From NCBI GenBank assembly GCA_963712805.1, contig CAVQJV010000050.1, positions 15,536-79,535 of the forward strand: a stretch of 64,000 nucleotides of DNA. Direction: 5' to 3'. The position numbers and the translations under genes were made by a program. The stretch comes from an uncultured Acidobacteriota bacterium (GTDB lineage: Bacteria; Acidobacteriota; Thermoanaerobaculia; Thermoanaerobaculales; Sulfomarinibacteraceae). Below the pieces are notes generated by a model. That model did no database searches, was not told the origin of the DNA, and saw nothing but the letters and a program-made list of their open reading frames with translations. Positions 27,354-39,877 of the stretch are shown piece after piece; within the stretch, counting starts at the first letter, position 1; every line of letters begins with the position of its first letter.

Positions 27354-30300
27354 GTGAACGTGATCAACAGCGAGACATCCAAGGTCATCGTTTGCCGTGG
27401 CGCGCTCGCGACCGAGCGCCGGCTGCTGCGAGAGGTGGATCGTCTCGTGACCCGGGATCTCGACGATCTCGGCGCCCCGATCAGAATCATCGTCCCGTCG
27501 CGCAGCCTGCGGCTCCACCTCCTGCGCCGGTTGGTCGCTGAGCGCGGTGCGGTGGCGGGAGTGGTTGTTCAGACCCTCGGCGGCGTGGTCCGCGAGATCT
27601 CCGAACGCACCGGCCGTCGGACCGTTCATCGGGGTTTCCGGTTTCGAAGCGATCGTGCGCCGGCTCGCCCGCGGCGAAGGGGCGCTGGCCTCGGAGCTCG
27701 AGGATCTCAGCGACGGCTACGATGTCGTGCTCGGGGCCATCCGGGATCTCATCGATGCCGGGTTCGGTCCCGATCACGAGGAGGCCGTGCTCGAACGGGT
27801 CGACGAACTCGCCCCGGCGGTGCCTCTCGCCAACCAACGTCGTGCGGCCGCCCTGGTTCGGGTCGCGGCCCGCGCGGTCGAGGCCGCCGGGATCACCGGC
27901 GTCCACCCCCAGGCGGCAGGCTATCAGCGGGCCGTCGATGCGCTTCGAGAGACCGGAGCTCAGGTATTGCCCTCGCGCCGGGTTCTGATCCACGGCTTTG
28001 CCGATCTCACGGGCGTCGCCACCGATCTGGTGGCGGCGATCCTCCAGGAGATCGGCGGCGTCGTGCTGGTCGATCGGGTGCCGGATCCGTCGGACCCGGC
28101 CGTCGACGACGCGGGAAACTGCTTTCTCCAGCGGCTCGACCGAGCGGCTCGGGGGCCTCGAGTTCGAGATCGGATGATTCCGCCGCCGAGCGCCCGGAGA
28201 TGAACCTCGTCGAGGCGCCGGATCGCGAGGCCGAGGCCCGGTGGGCGGCCGAGTCGGTCCGCGCGGTCATCGCCGCCGGGGTGGAACCCGAGGCCATCGG
28301 CATCGTCGCCCGCCGGCTCGATGGGCTCGGACCGGCGCTCCGCCGCCAACTTCGCCGCCTCGGGGTTCCGTTCTCCGGGGTCGGCGGCCAGGTGCCCGGC
28401 GGCCTGCTCCGTCGCAAGGCCCGGCGGTTGGCCGATCTGCTGCGCCGCGGCAGCGACGCCGAGCTCGACCTGTGGCTCGAGGTCGCCGAAGGTCTCGGCG
28501 GCGGCGCCGATCTTCTCCTCGGGCTGCGGGTCCTCTCCCTGGCCCGGTTGCGGGATCTCGCCGCACTTCGCCCCGATGATCGGCGGGTGGCGGCCGGCGT
28601 GCCCCTGCCTCTCGGCAAGGACGTCGTCTCCACGGAGGACGGGGAGTCGGATGGCGAAACGTGCGGCGCGGCTCTCGCCGCTGCGGGTGGCGGCGGCCGT
28701 CGTCGGCGCCCGGGCGCTGATCGAGGTGCTCGAAGATTGGCCGTCGTCGGTGGCGGCGCCGGCGCACCGCGCCCAGACCGAGCGCGTTCTCGGCGCTCTC
28801 GGGTGGACCGAGAACACCGAGTTCGCGGCGGCGGTGCGCGAGGCGGTCGACGGTCTGACCGGGGAGTTTCCGGTCGGATTCGCTCTCGATCGGATCGAGT
28901 GGACTTCGGCGCTGGTCAAACGGCTCGACGGTCTGGGCGAGGTGCCCATCGGCGGCGATGGTGGCGGTGTCCAGGTGCTGACCGTGACCGAGGCGCGGGC
29001 GCGGACCTTCGATCATCTCGTGCTCTGCGGTCTCGTCCGCGGGGTCTTTCCTCGCCAGGCCGTCGACGATCCGCTGCTCCCCGATCTCGTGCGCGCGCGT
29101 CTCGCGCTCGATGTCCTGCCCGAAATGCCCGTCAAGGCCCGATCGGCGGACGAGGAGCGTTATCTCTTCGCCCAGCTCGTCTCGGCCGCGCCGACGGTCG
29201 ATCTGAGCTGGCACCTTCGCGCCGACGGGCGAAGGATGGCGCCGTCGCCCTTTGTCGAACGGCTCAGGGCCGTCGACGGCGTCGGGATGATCACGACAAT
29301 GCCGGCGCTGTGGGCCGTGGATGAGCCCCGCCCCGGACCGCGGCCGGCCTACGAGCACACCGTCCTGACGGCGATGGACCGGGCCGAAGTCGGTCTTGAG
29401 TCTCGTCTCGATCGGGCCATCGTCGAGGGGCGCCGGGCATCGCCTCGCGCAGGGTGGTCGGTCGCGACGGACAGGTTGGCGACGGCACGACTCGAGGTCG
29501 TCGATGCCGCGGAAACCGTCGGCGCCGCACCGGCGATGGGACCGTGGTTCGGTGGTGTCGGTTCGGCGGCCGAGCCCGGGGCCCGCCTCTGGGTGACCCA
29601 CCTCGAGAGCGTGGCCACCTGTCCGTGGCGCGCCTTTGTCGGTCGGCGCCTCGGCGTGCGGCCGCTGCCGGATCCCCACCTCGGGCTGCCCGATCTCGAC
29701 CAACGGCTTCTCGGGCAGGTGGTGCACGAGGTCCTCGAGAGCATCGTCACTGGCGGCGTGACCGGGAAGAAACTCGCCTACGCCGAGGCCCTCGAACGCG
29801 AGCCGATGGTGGTGCCGTGGCCGGCAAAGAAGGACCTCGAGGCCGTGCTCGAAGCGGCCGCCGCCCGAGTGGTCTTCGACGAGGGCCTCAGCGGCTTTGG
29901 TCTCGCCCGGTTGCTGGCGGCGCAGGCGCGACCGGTGCTGGAGGTCGCCCGTACGGTCGAGTGGGGCGATGTCGGGCAGGCTCGACGGCGTTCTCGCGGC
30001 CGAGGTCGAGGGCGAGATCCGATCCGGGGCGTCGGGGCGGACCATCGCCTTCCGCGCCGATCGTCTCGACGACGGCGCGGATCGGCCACCGATTACAAGA
30101 CGGGCAAAGCCCCGGTCGACCGCGAAGCGACCATCGACCAGGGAGGCTCATCTGCTGACGGCGGTGAGCACCGGCCGGGTGCTGCAGGCGGTGGCCTACG
30201 CGCTCGCCGCGCCGGCGGGCGACGGCACCGGACGTTATCTCTATCTCCGGCCCGACATCGGCGATGCACCGCCGGAATCGCGGCTGGTCGAGGCCTCAGG

Positions 30301-30581
30301 TCGGGACCCGGAACTCATCGCGGCCTTCGACACCGCCGTCAAGGCCATCGACGCCTCGTTGACGGCGGGGTCGGTCTTCCCGAGGGTCGAGGAGCCCAAT
30401 CGAAAGACGAGCGAGCACTGCAGCTTCTGCGAGGTTGTCCGAAGCCTGTCGACGCGATGACTCCCGGTTCACCCAGACCCTGGTGGAACTCATGGAGGCC
30501 GAGGACGGGTCGGCCGATGAAGTCTTGACCGCGGCCCGAGGATTGTGGTGGCTCGGGGTCGAACGGAAGGCCGACGGATGA
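27354..30581 (+). pseudogene. addB: AddB-type helicase-nuclease subunit (PD-(D/E)XK nuclease with Fe-S staple), at least 8 frameshifts
   Basis: ~1075 codons reconstructed from three frames. Nuclease motif ATDYKTGK is present. Cys pattern is TCPWRAF plus CSFCEVV.ACRRD (CxxCx5C across a shift). The stop overlaps the addA start (ATGA 30578-30581). Shifts lie near 27620, 28140, 28185, 28655, 29975, 30080, 30120 and 30435. Confidence 0.7.
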
Positions 30582-33500
30582 ACGGCTCGCGCGTCGCTCC
30601 GCTTGACGATGGGGCCACCCGGGAGCTCGCCCAGAGCGAGTTCACGAGACCCGTGGTTGTCGAGGCCGGCGCCGGGACCGGCAAGACCGCGTTGCTCGTC
30701 GCGCGGGTCGCCGCATGGTGCGTCGGCGCCGGTTGGCAGCGTCACGACGACGGGGATGATCGCGGCGCCGTGGCGCGGCGGGTCCTCGAACGGCGTCGTG
30801 GCCATCACCTTCACCGAGGCCGCCGCCGCCGAGATGGCGACCCGTATCGGCGAGGCCGTGGCCGGTCTCGCGCGCGGTGAAGAACCCGTCGGCTGGGTCC
30901 CCGGGCGCGGTGCTCGAGGACCTCGAGGATGAGGAGGTCGCCGCTCGCGCGTCCGATCTCTGCGCCGAGATCCACCGGCTCTCGGTGACCACGATCCACT
31001 CATTCTGCCAGCGGGTGCTCGCGGCGCACCCCTTCGAGGCCGGTCTCCACCCGCACTTCGAGATCGACGCCGACGGCGCCCAACTCGAGGCGCTCGTCGA
31101 CGAGGTGGTGGAGGAGGCGCTGCGTGAGCTCGACGACAGTCCGCTCCGCGATGACTGGGAACGTCTCGCGGTGCGCGGGATCGGGCCGGCCAAGATCGCC
31201 GAGGCGCTGCGCCAGCTCGTCGCCGCCGGGGCGCACGCGGCCGATCTCGAACGGGACCCGTTCGACCGGGCCGCCGCGACGTCACTCGCCCGCGGGTTGG
31301 CGGATGACCTCGGCGCCTTCTTTGCCGCGGAGCAGGGTCGGCTGGCCGAAGTGCCGGGGGTCAAGCTGGCCGATCACGCCCGCGAGTCGGTGGCGAAGTT
31401 GGCCGAATTCGTGGAAGCCCTTCCGGCGGCGCCCGACTTCGCTGAATCTCGTCGAGGCGGTGAAGGTGATCGATCGGCCGGCACTGGACCGGCTCAAGAA
31501 GTGGTCGAAGGACGACTGGACCAAGAAGGAAGCGGTCTGCGTCGGTGACGATCGCGATGATCTCGTCGCGGCGTCGAGGCGGCTGGTGACCCGGCTGAAA
31601 CCGCTCATCGACCTCGATCTCGAGGGCTTCGGTGCGGCGCGCGCGCTGCTCCTGTCGCTCCTGGCCGAGGTCGACGGCCGGCGCCGGGTGCGCGGTCTCG
31701 TCACCTTCAGCGATCTGCTCGAACTCACCGCCCGCCTCTTCGATACCCACGACGAGGTCTGTCGTTCCGAACGCCGGCGGATGGACCAGCTCCTGGTGGA
31801 TGAATTCCAGGACACCGACGATGTCCAGTGCCGGATGGTCGAACGCCTCGCGCTCGAGGGCGCCGAGGAGGAACGGCCCGGTCTCTTTGTCGTCGGCGAT
31901 CCGAAACAGTCCATCTACGCCTGGCGGAGCGCCGATCTCGCCGCCTACGACGGCTTTGTCGATCGCGTCCTGGAAGCGAGGCGGCGTCCGCGGCCCGCTG
32001 ACCCGCAACTTCCGCTCGGTGCGAGCCGATCCTCGACGAGGTGGAGCGGGTGGTTGCGCCGGTGATGCACCGGGAACCCGGCTTCCAACCGGCATTCGAG
32101 GCCCTCGAGGCCACCGGTTCGCGGGTTGATTCCCCGGGTTTCGACCACCCGCCCTGGAGCGCGGTCGAGCACTGGGTCTGCTGGCATCCAGACGAGGACG
32201 GAGTTCTCCGGCCGGACAAACAGAAGACCGGACCGACCACGACGCTCGAGGCCAGGGCCATCGCCGCCGACATCCGCCGATTGCACGATGAGGCCGGGGT
32301 CCGGTTCGGCGATGTCGCGGTTCTCCTGCGGGCGACCACCGCCCAGGGTGAGCTCCTCGAGGCCTTCCGCGAGCGGGGCGTCCCCTTCGAGGTGGCGCGC
32401 GAGCGCGAGTACTTCCGGCAGCGCGAGATCATCGAAGCGGCGGCCCTCGTCCGCGCGGTGCTCGAACCGGCTGATACCCTCGCCCTGCTGACGGTGCTGC
32501 GCTCCGACGCCGTCGGTGTGCCCGATGTCGCGCTCGCGCCGTTGTGGGACGCGGGTCTCCCGGCGGCGGCCGCGGCGTTGGACGGCGCCGACGGCGCGGC
32601 GCTGGCCGCGGCCCGGCGCATCGTGGAAGCCGCGGCGGCTCGGGTCGAACCGGCGCCGGGGTCGGAGCTGCTGCCGCACTGGCCGGATGCGCTCGCGGGG
32701 GCGCTGGACAACCTCGCCGAGCTGCGGCGATCCATGCGCGAGGACCCGCCGGGCGACTTTGTCGAGCGGCTGCGCACCCTGTGGCTGGCCGAGGTTTCGG
32801 CCGGAGCCCGTCGCCTCGGCCGCTTCCGGCAGGCCCGCCTCGATGGCTTCTACGCCGATCTCGAGCAGACCCTGAGCCGGAGCGCGGGCGGCTCGGCCGA
32901 ACTCGCGCGCTTTCTCCGCCGGGCGGTGGAGGAGGGGAGGGAGGCGCCGACGGCGTCGGAGCCCGATCGCGATGCCGATGCGGTCCACGTCATGACGATC
33001 TACGGCGCCAAGGGCCTCGATTTCGAGCACGTCTATCTCGCCCAGATCCACAAGCGCACCGGTGGGTTCGGTTCGGGTCCGCAGGCGGTTCTGCGGCGGT
33101 ATGAAGGCGCGGCGGAGTTCAGACTCTTCGGTTGGCCGACGCCGAACCTTGCGCGCGGCCGAGGATCGTCGCGAGCTCCAGGCCCGCGCCGAACGGGTGC
33201 GGCTGCTTGTATGTCGCCATGACCCGGGCGAAACAGCGGCTCGTGGTCTCGGGCGGCTGGGCCACACCGGGAGAGACGACCGATCCGCTCGCAGGCCTCG
33301 ACGCTGGCGGAGGTGATCGCGCACCGGGGCGACCCCGCGTTGCATTGGCGGACCTCATCGAGCGTGGAGTGGATCGAGCGACCGGAGGGGAACCCGGGGT
33401 GAGTTGGGTGATTCCGGCTCTCGGGGACGGGATGGGGGTCAGGCGGGGTGGTCGTTGAACGAGGTCCTCGCAGTGGCCGATGACGCGACCGTCGCGGCCG

Positions 33501-34182
33501 ACGCCGATGCCATCGCCGAGGCCAGATCGGCTGCGGCCGAGAGGATGGCGGCTCGCTGGACCACTCCGGCCTCCGACGCCGCCCATCGGTCCATCGGGCG
33601 GATGGAGACCGAGATCGACGACGAGGCGGCGACGCGCTCCATCGCCGTCCGGGACGAAGCGCCGCAGCCGCGGTGGGAACTGCCATCCACCAGCTGCTCG
33701 AAACCCTCGATCTGGAGGGCGACCTCGCTGCTCAGGTCGTCGAACGTCGGACGGCCGTGATCGAGGGTGCGGTCGCCGGTCTTGATCCGGATGATGGCCC
33801 GCGAGGCGACCGGCAGGCTCGAAGAGGTGATGGATCGCCTGGCGCGAGAGTCGAAAGCCTGTTGAGGTTGGGACAGCTGGCGCCGGCGATCGTCGCCCGG
33901 GAGCTGCCGGTCTTCCTCCGGCCCGCCGAAGACAACGGGACATCGGTCATCAGCGGCGCCGTCGATCTCGTCTACCGCGATCCGGAGGACGGTCGCCTCG
34001 TGATCGCCGACTACAAGACCGACCGGGTCGAGAGTGAGACCGAGATCGCGGCACGGGTGGATCGATACCAGCCGCAGCTCGCGATCTACGCCCGGGCGCT
34101 CGAAGAGGCGCTCGGCCTCGAAGAACGACCGCACACCGAACTGTGGTTTCTCCACGCAGATCGGATCGTTCGGCTCTCATAG
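30578..34182 (+). pseudogene. addA: AddA/UvrD-family helicase-nuclease, at least 8 frameshifts
   Basis: Walker A (EAGAGTGKT), ITFTEAAAAEM, TIHSFCQRVL, LLVDEFQDTD, VGDPKQSIYAWR, TRNFRS, MTIYGAKGLDFEHV and YVAMTRAKQRLVV are present. C-terminal nuclease motif DLVY...ADYKTD. The pieces lie in alternating frames. Confidence 0.75.
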
Positions 34183-34195
34183 TCCGGTGTATTCT

Positions 34196-34362
34196 GACCT
34201 AAGGTGAGCGATTCTGGTGGATGAGATGCGCCAAGATCTTGATGCTCTGACGTTTGCAAAAAACGGAGGCATACCCGGTTGGTATGTCGAGTATTCTTGC
34301 GAACGTCCAGAGCGTCATGAGATTGGTGCAAATCGCCGCCGAGAATCGCTCACCTCTAGGTC
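34196..34362. other. 167-nt lower-GC element closed by a long-range stem (candidate structured RNA or MITE-like relic)
   Basis: GACCTA-AG-GTGAGCGATTCT (34196-34215) pairs with AGAATCGCTCAC-CTC-TAGGTC (34342-34362), giving 12+6 bp. It starts 14 nt after the addA stop and has no convincing ORF. Confidence 0.5.
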
Positions 34363-34422
34363 TGATTGGGTTGCCCGCATCACCGGCCTTCTAGGTCCGC
34401 CTTCGGCGGCCCAGGCGTCGCA

Positions 34423-34476
34423 CCATCGGCGTGGTCGCGCGGGGGTAACGGGGGAGGGCTGCGACCACGCCGATGG
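34423..34476. repeat. Perfect 16-bp hairpin with 22-nt G-rich loop
   Basis: CCATCGGCGTGGTCGC (34423-34438) pairs with GCGACCACGCCGATGG (34461-34476). It resembles the CCATCGC-box elements elsewhere in the window. Confidence 0.75.
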
Positions 34477-34742
34477 CACGCCGGCGGCCTCCCTCTTTGC
34501 CGGAGCAGCGGACCGGATCGCGCTTCCCGTGGAGTGCCCGGTAGCGTAGTTGTGCGGAGCGCACCGCGGCGCCGAGATGGTCGATCCGGCACAACGACGT
34601 ACCCCGCACGTCCCAATGAGCGCGCGTTCTGCGTGCTCAGAGCGGCGCCGGTTGCGCAACCTGTCGCTGCACCGGTCGCTGCCCCGGTCGCGGATCGTGA
34701 AACCCTGTTGGCGATCCGGCGTATCGCACTCGGGAGTCACCA

Positions 34743-35893
34743 ATGCAAAGAGCCGGCCTCATCAGTACGGTGATCTCGATCCTGGCCACCGCCTGTCTGA
34801 TCGTGATGGCCGGGGAGTCTGCGGCCGATCGGCGTCGGAGTCCAGATCAGAGTCGAGCACTGCACGGCGTTTGTCCTCGACAACGACGGTCACGGCGTCT
34901 TCGGCGCCAACTTCGACCACACGTGGACGGACGAGGGTCTGGTCTTCGTCAACAGAAGAGGCGTCGAGAAATACAGCGTGAGCGGCGGCGATATTCACAA
35001 TCGAGTCCACTGGACGAGCCGCTACGCCAGCGTCAGCTTCAACCTGGTTGGGTTATGAGTACACGTGGGGCGGGATGAACGAGGCCGGTCTCTCGATCAG
35101 CACCATGTCCCTCGCCGAGACCCGCCAGCCGCCGCCCGATGGTCGTCCCGCCCTCGACAACGGGGAGTGGGTGCAGTACCTCCTCGATACCTGCGCGACG
35201 GTGGAGGAGGCCATCGCCGCAGACGCCCATGTGCGGGTTCTGACCGTCGACCACTACCTCGTCGGCGATGGCTCCGGCAACGCTGCCACCATCGAGTTCC
35301 TCGACGGTCGGATGGTTGTGCACACGGCTTCGAATCTTCCCGTTGCGGCCCTCACGAACAACACCTACGAGGATCTGCACGCGATTTGGGAGTGGTTGCG
35401 TGATACCAGAAACTACGGCGGACTTGCGTCGTCATTTCACCGGTTCTGTCTCGCAGCTGATCGAGTCGACGGTTTCCAGCCGGTCAACGATGCCGAGGCT
35501 GTGGACTACGCCTTCGACACGCTGCACGAAGTCAGGGGTGAACGCTTCTCGGCCTCACCGACCAACTGGAGCCTCGTCTTTGACACCAAGAACCAACGTG
35601 CGTACTTCAAGACGGGTCGCAATCGCCAACTCAGATGGGTCGATCTGAAGAACCTGGATCTGCGCTGCGGTGGGCCGGTCAAGATGATGGATATCCACCA
35701 AGGAGGCCCCGGCGATGTCGTCGATGTATTGATCGACTTCGACCGTCAACTCAACCGGTTCCACTTCGAGCGTTTCCTGGACATCTGGGGAATCAACGTC
35801 TCCTCCCAGGACATCACCTGGATCCTCAACCAGGTCGAGAGCTTCCACTGCCCAACCCCGCACAGAAGGGCGCCCCGTCGGGTTGCGCCCTAG
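34743..35893 (+). pseudogene. Ntn hydrolase, choloylglycine hydrolase / linear amide C-N hydrolase family, 2 frameshifts
   Basis: Signal MQRAGLISTVISILATACLIVMAG. A candidate N-terminal nucleophile Cys (CTAFVLDNDGHGVFGANFDH) appears in a second frame. The remainder (GYEYTWGGMNEAGLSIS...) is in ORF 35048..35893. Shifts lie near 34840 and 35045. Confidence 0.6.
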
Positions 35894-35915
35894 CTGGTCA
35901 AGCCACAGCTGCTCC

Positions 35916-36110
35916 TCGACGCCCACGAGATGTGGGCGCTACAACAGTGCGGGCGGTCTTGTAGCGCTGACGTCCCGTCGGCGTCGAGGGCGTTGAGGCG
36001 ACCGCGGGGACACTGAGAACCTGCAGGGCGCCGACGTCCACGAGACGTGGGCGCTACAACAGTGCGGGCCGTTTTGTAGCGCCGACGTCCCGTCGGCGTC
36101 GAAGGCGTTG
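35916..36110. repeat. Two tandem ~80-nt copies of a triple-hairpin REP-like unit (GCGCTACAA family)
   Basis: Copy 1 is ~35916-35996 and copy 2 ~36030-36110, nearly identical. Each has hairpins GCCCAC..GTGGGC, GCGCTACAA-N14-TTGTAGCGC and CCGACG-TCC-CGTCGG. Confidence 0.85.
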
Positions 36111-36118
36111 CAACCGGA

Positions 36119-36151
36119 GCAAAGAAAACGCCCGGCGGTAGACCGCCGGGC
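36119..36151 (-). terminator. Rho-independent terminator of sucCD
   Basis: On the minus strand, GCCCGGCGG-TCTA-CCGCCGGGC is followed by GTTTTCTTTG, 65 nt after the sucD stop. Confidence 0.7.
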
Positions 36152-36215
36152 CCCCTCGCAGCGCAGGCTCCTCCTCCCCCACTACGAACTCGGGATTTTA
36201 CACGATTTTGTAATG

Positions 36216-37100
36216 TCAATCCAGTAGCGACTGGTTCTCCAGCGCTCGTTTCATGGTGATGCCGATCTCGGCCGGGGTCTTGGCCACGGCGATACCGGCA
36301 GCCTCGAGGGCTGCGATCTTGTCCGCCGCGGTACCCTTGCCACCCGAGATGATCGCTCCCGGCGTGACCCATCCGGCGACCCGGAGGCGCCGTCTGGCCG
36401 GCGATGAACGCGACCACCGGCTTGCGCACGAACTTGGTGACGAACTCGGCCGCTTCCTCTTCCGCGTTGCCGCCGATCTCGCCGATCATGACGATGCCTT
36501 CGGTGTCGTAGTCGGCCGCGAAGGCCTCGAGACAGTCGATGAAATTGGTGCCGGGAAGGGCGTCGCCGCCGATGCCGACGCAGGTCGACTGACCGAGACC
36601 GAGGGCCGTGAGCTGACCGATGGCTTCGTAGGTCAGGGTGCCGGAGCGCGAAACCACGCCGATGGGACCTGGGATGGAGATGTGGCCGGGCATGATGCCG
36701 AGCTTGCACTCACCCGGGGTGATGATGCCGGGGCAGTTGCCGCCGATGAGGCGGGTCGGCAATCCCTGCAGGATGCGCTGGACCCGGATCATGTCGCGGG
36801 CCGGGATGCCCTCGGTGATGCAGATGACGACCTCGATACCGGCGTCGGCCGCCTCGAGGATGGCGTCGGCCGCGAACGGCGGCGGGACGAAGATCAGCGA
36901 CGCGTTGGCGCCGGTGGCCTCGACGGCGTCTTCGACGGTGTTGAAGACGGGGACGCCGTCGACATCCTGGCCCGCCTTGCCGGGTGTGACACCGGCGACG
37001 ATCTTGGTGCCGTACTCGCGGCACTTCTCGGCGTGAAAACGGCCTTCTTTGCCGGTGAGACCCTGAACCACGACCTTGGTATCGGAGTTGACCCAAATAC

Positions 37101-37104
<4 letters not shown>
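36216..37104 (-). pseudogene. sucD: Succinate--CoA ligase subunit alpha, 1 frameshift
   Basis: [21 protein letters not shown]...SRSGTLTYE...GIGGD...MGHAG is in frame. After ~36355 the C-terminus ([45 protein letters not shown]) reads in another frame, apparently from one extra base. The start overlaps the sucC stop (ATGA). Confidence 0.85.
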
Positions 37105-38268
<1,164 letters not shown>

Positions 38269-38375
38269 CTTGCCTCCCCTTTGGAGTTGAACCCGGTCAT
38301 GCCGAGTCGCGTCATTGTGACGTGTCCACCCCGCCGGGGCAAGGGTCAGTGAGAAAATTCACATGCGGCCGAGCG

Positions 38376-38889
38376 TCAGTCGTTCTCTTCGAGCACCTTG
38401 AGAAAAACGACCTTGTCGTCGCCGGGGCCGTAGAAGCTTTCGAGCTCGGCCGCGACGTGGTAGCCGCAGGCAAGGTAGAAGGCACGGGTGGGGTGGTATT
38501 GCGGCCGCCCGGCGGTCTCGACCCAGACCCGCAGCCGCCCGGCTTCGGCCAACCACCGCTTCCGACTCGGCGAGCAGGGCGCGCCCGACGCCGAGGCCCT
38601 GGCAGGTCGGATCGACGGCGATCCAGTAGAGATCGGCGGACTCGGCGGTGCCGAGGATCGGCCCCCAGCAGGCGTAGCCCGCGACCCGGCTGCGGTGCTC
38701 GGCGACGAGAAAGCGATAGTGGCTCTCCTCGCCCTCGATGAGCCGGTCGTCGACCAGTTCCATGGCGACGGCGAGCTCTTCCGAGTTGAAAAAGCCGGTC
38801 GCGGTGAGAAGTCGCTCGATGGGGCTCCGGTCGGTGGACCGCAGGCCGCGGCGAACGGTGATTGCGCTCTGGTGGGTGTCGGTTGTCAT
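38376..38889 (-). pseudogene. GNAT-family N-acetyltransferase (AblB/YodP-like candidate), 1 frameshift
   Basis: The motif A region QGLGVGRALL is in frame. The C-terminus (...RLRVWVETAGRPQYHPTRAFYLACGYHVAAELESFYGPGDDKVVFLKVLEEND) is in another frame, with the shift near 38570. The start overlaps the upstream stop (ATGA). Confidence 0.65.
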
Positions 38890-39868
38890 TGGCTCCATCC
38901 AGCGGCGGTGAGAATCCGCCGAACGACCTCGGTCGGTTCGATGCCGGCGGCGACCGTCGCCGCCGCGAAACCGGCGTCGGGTGAGATGCAGGGGTTGGCG
39001 TTGACCTCGAGTACGCACGGCGTGCCGTCGTCGTCAAGGCGGATGTCGACCCGGCCGTAGCCGGCGAGTCCGCAGGCGGTCCACGCCCGGTGTGCGACGC
39101 GAGCGAGTTCATCGCTGAGCGCCGACTCGTCGTCGTCGAGAAAGTGCCGCACGGTGTTCCGGTAGGCGAACGAGGACTGGTCCCACTTCGCCTCCCAACC
39201 GAGGATCCGCGGACGATCGGGCGGGAAATCGACATAGGTCATCTCCGCCGGCGGCAAAACCTCGGGGCCGGAGTCGCCGTCAAGGATTGCGATGTTGAAC
39301 TCGCGACCCGGCAGGAGGTGTTCGACGAGCACGTCCTGACCGCCGAAGCGACGCCGAAGGTCGCGTGCGCGGGCGACGGCCTGCGGCGCGATCCGACGTC
39401 ACCGCACCATCGTCGAGACCGAGGGAGGCGTCCTCGAGCGCCGGTTTGAGGATCCACGGCGGCGGTACGCGGTCGAGGACTGCGGGATGATCGGGGTCGA
39501 GGAGCCCTCCGGGGGCAACGGCCAAGCCGTTTTCGGCGAGGATCCGCCGAGTCGCCTCCTTGTCGGTGGTCGCGCTGGATGGCGGCGGCGGACGAACCGG
39601 TGATCCTGAGGCCCAATCGCTCGAAATCCGCCGCCACCTCGCTCTGGAAAACGGGCAGACCCGGTGGCGACTCGACGAGGTTGACGACTGTTTCGGCGCC
39701 GTTGACCGACTCGACATCGACCCCGTCAGCGCCTACAGCCACCACGCGGTACCGGGCCTTCAGAGCATCGAGCGCCTCGGTGACGAAGCCGACCTGGGCA
39801 AGAACGTCTTGCGTCGAGAGGTCGTCGTCGGTCGAGACTGCGTTGTGGGCAACCAGGATGTCGTGCAT
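38886..39868 (-). pseudogene. ATP-grasp ligase, D-alanine--D-alanine ligase family (copy B), 2 frameshifts
   Basis: N-terminus MHDILVAHNAVSTDDD..., middle TTDKEATRRILAENGLAVAPGG...PWILKPALEDASLGL, and C-terminus VLVEHLLPGREFNIAILDG...GYGRVDIRLDDDGTPCVLEVNANPCISPDAGF lie in three frames. Shifts lie near 39575 and 39395. Confidence 0.65.
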
Positions 39869-39877
39869 GGTTCGAGT

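Noticed and set aside
34393-34420. CGCCTGGGCC on the minus strand, resembling the conserved 3' box of ZTP riboswitches
   Set aside because: It would regulate a minus-strand gene, and none lies downstream. I could not find the 5' GGGUCGUGAC-type subdomain. It is probably a chance match in GC-rich sequence.
34217-34549. 110-aa ORF (MDEMRQDLDALTFAKNGG...) in the addA-hydrolase spacer as a real gene
   Set aside because: Only the first ~35 codons look protein-like. The rest is Arg/Gly/Ala-rich and runs through hairpins and repeats, with no RBS. I treat the region as non-coding.
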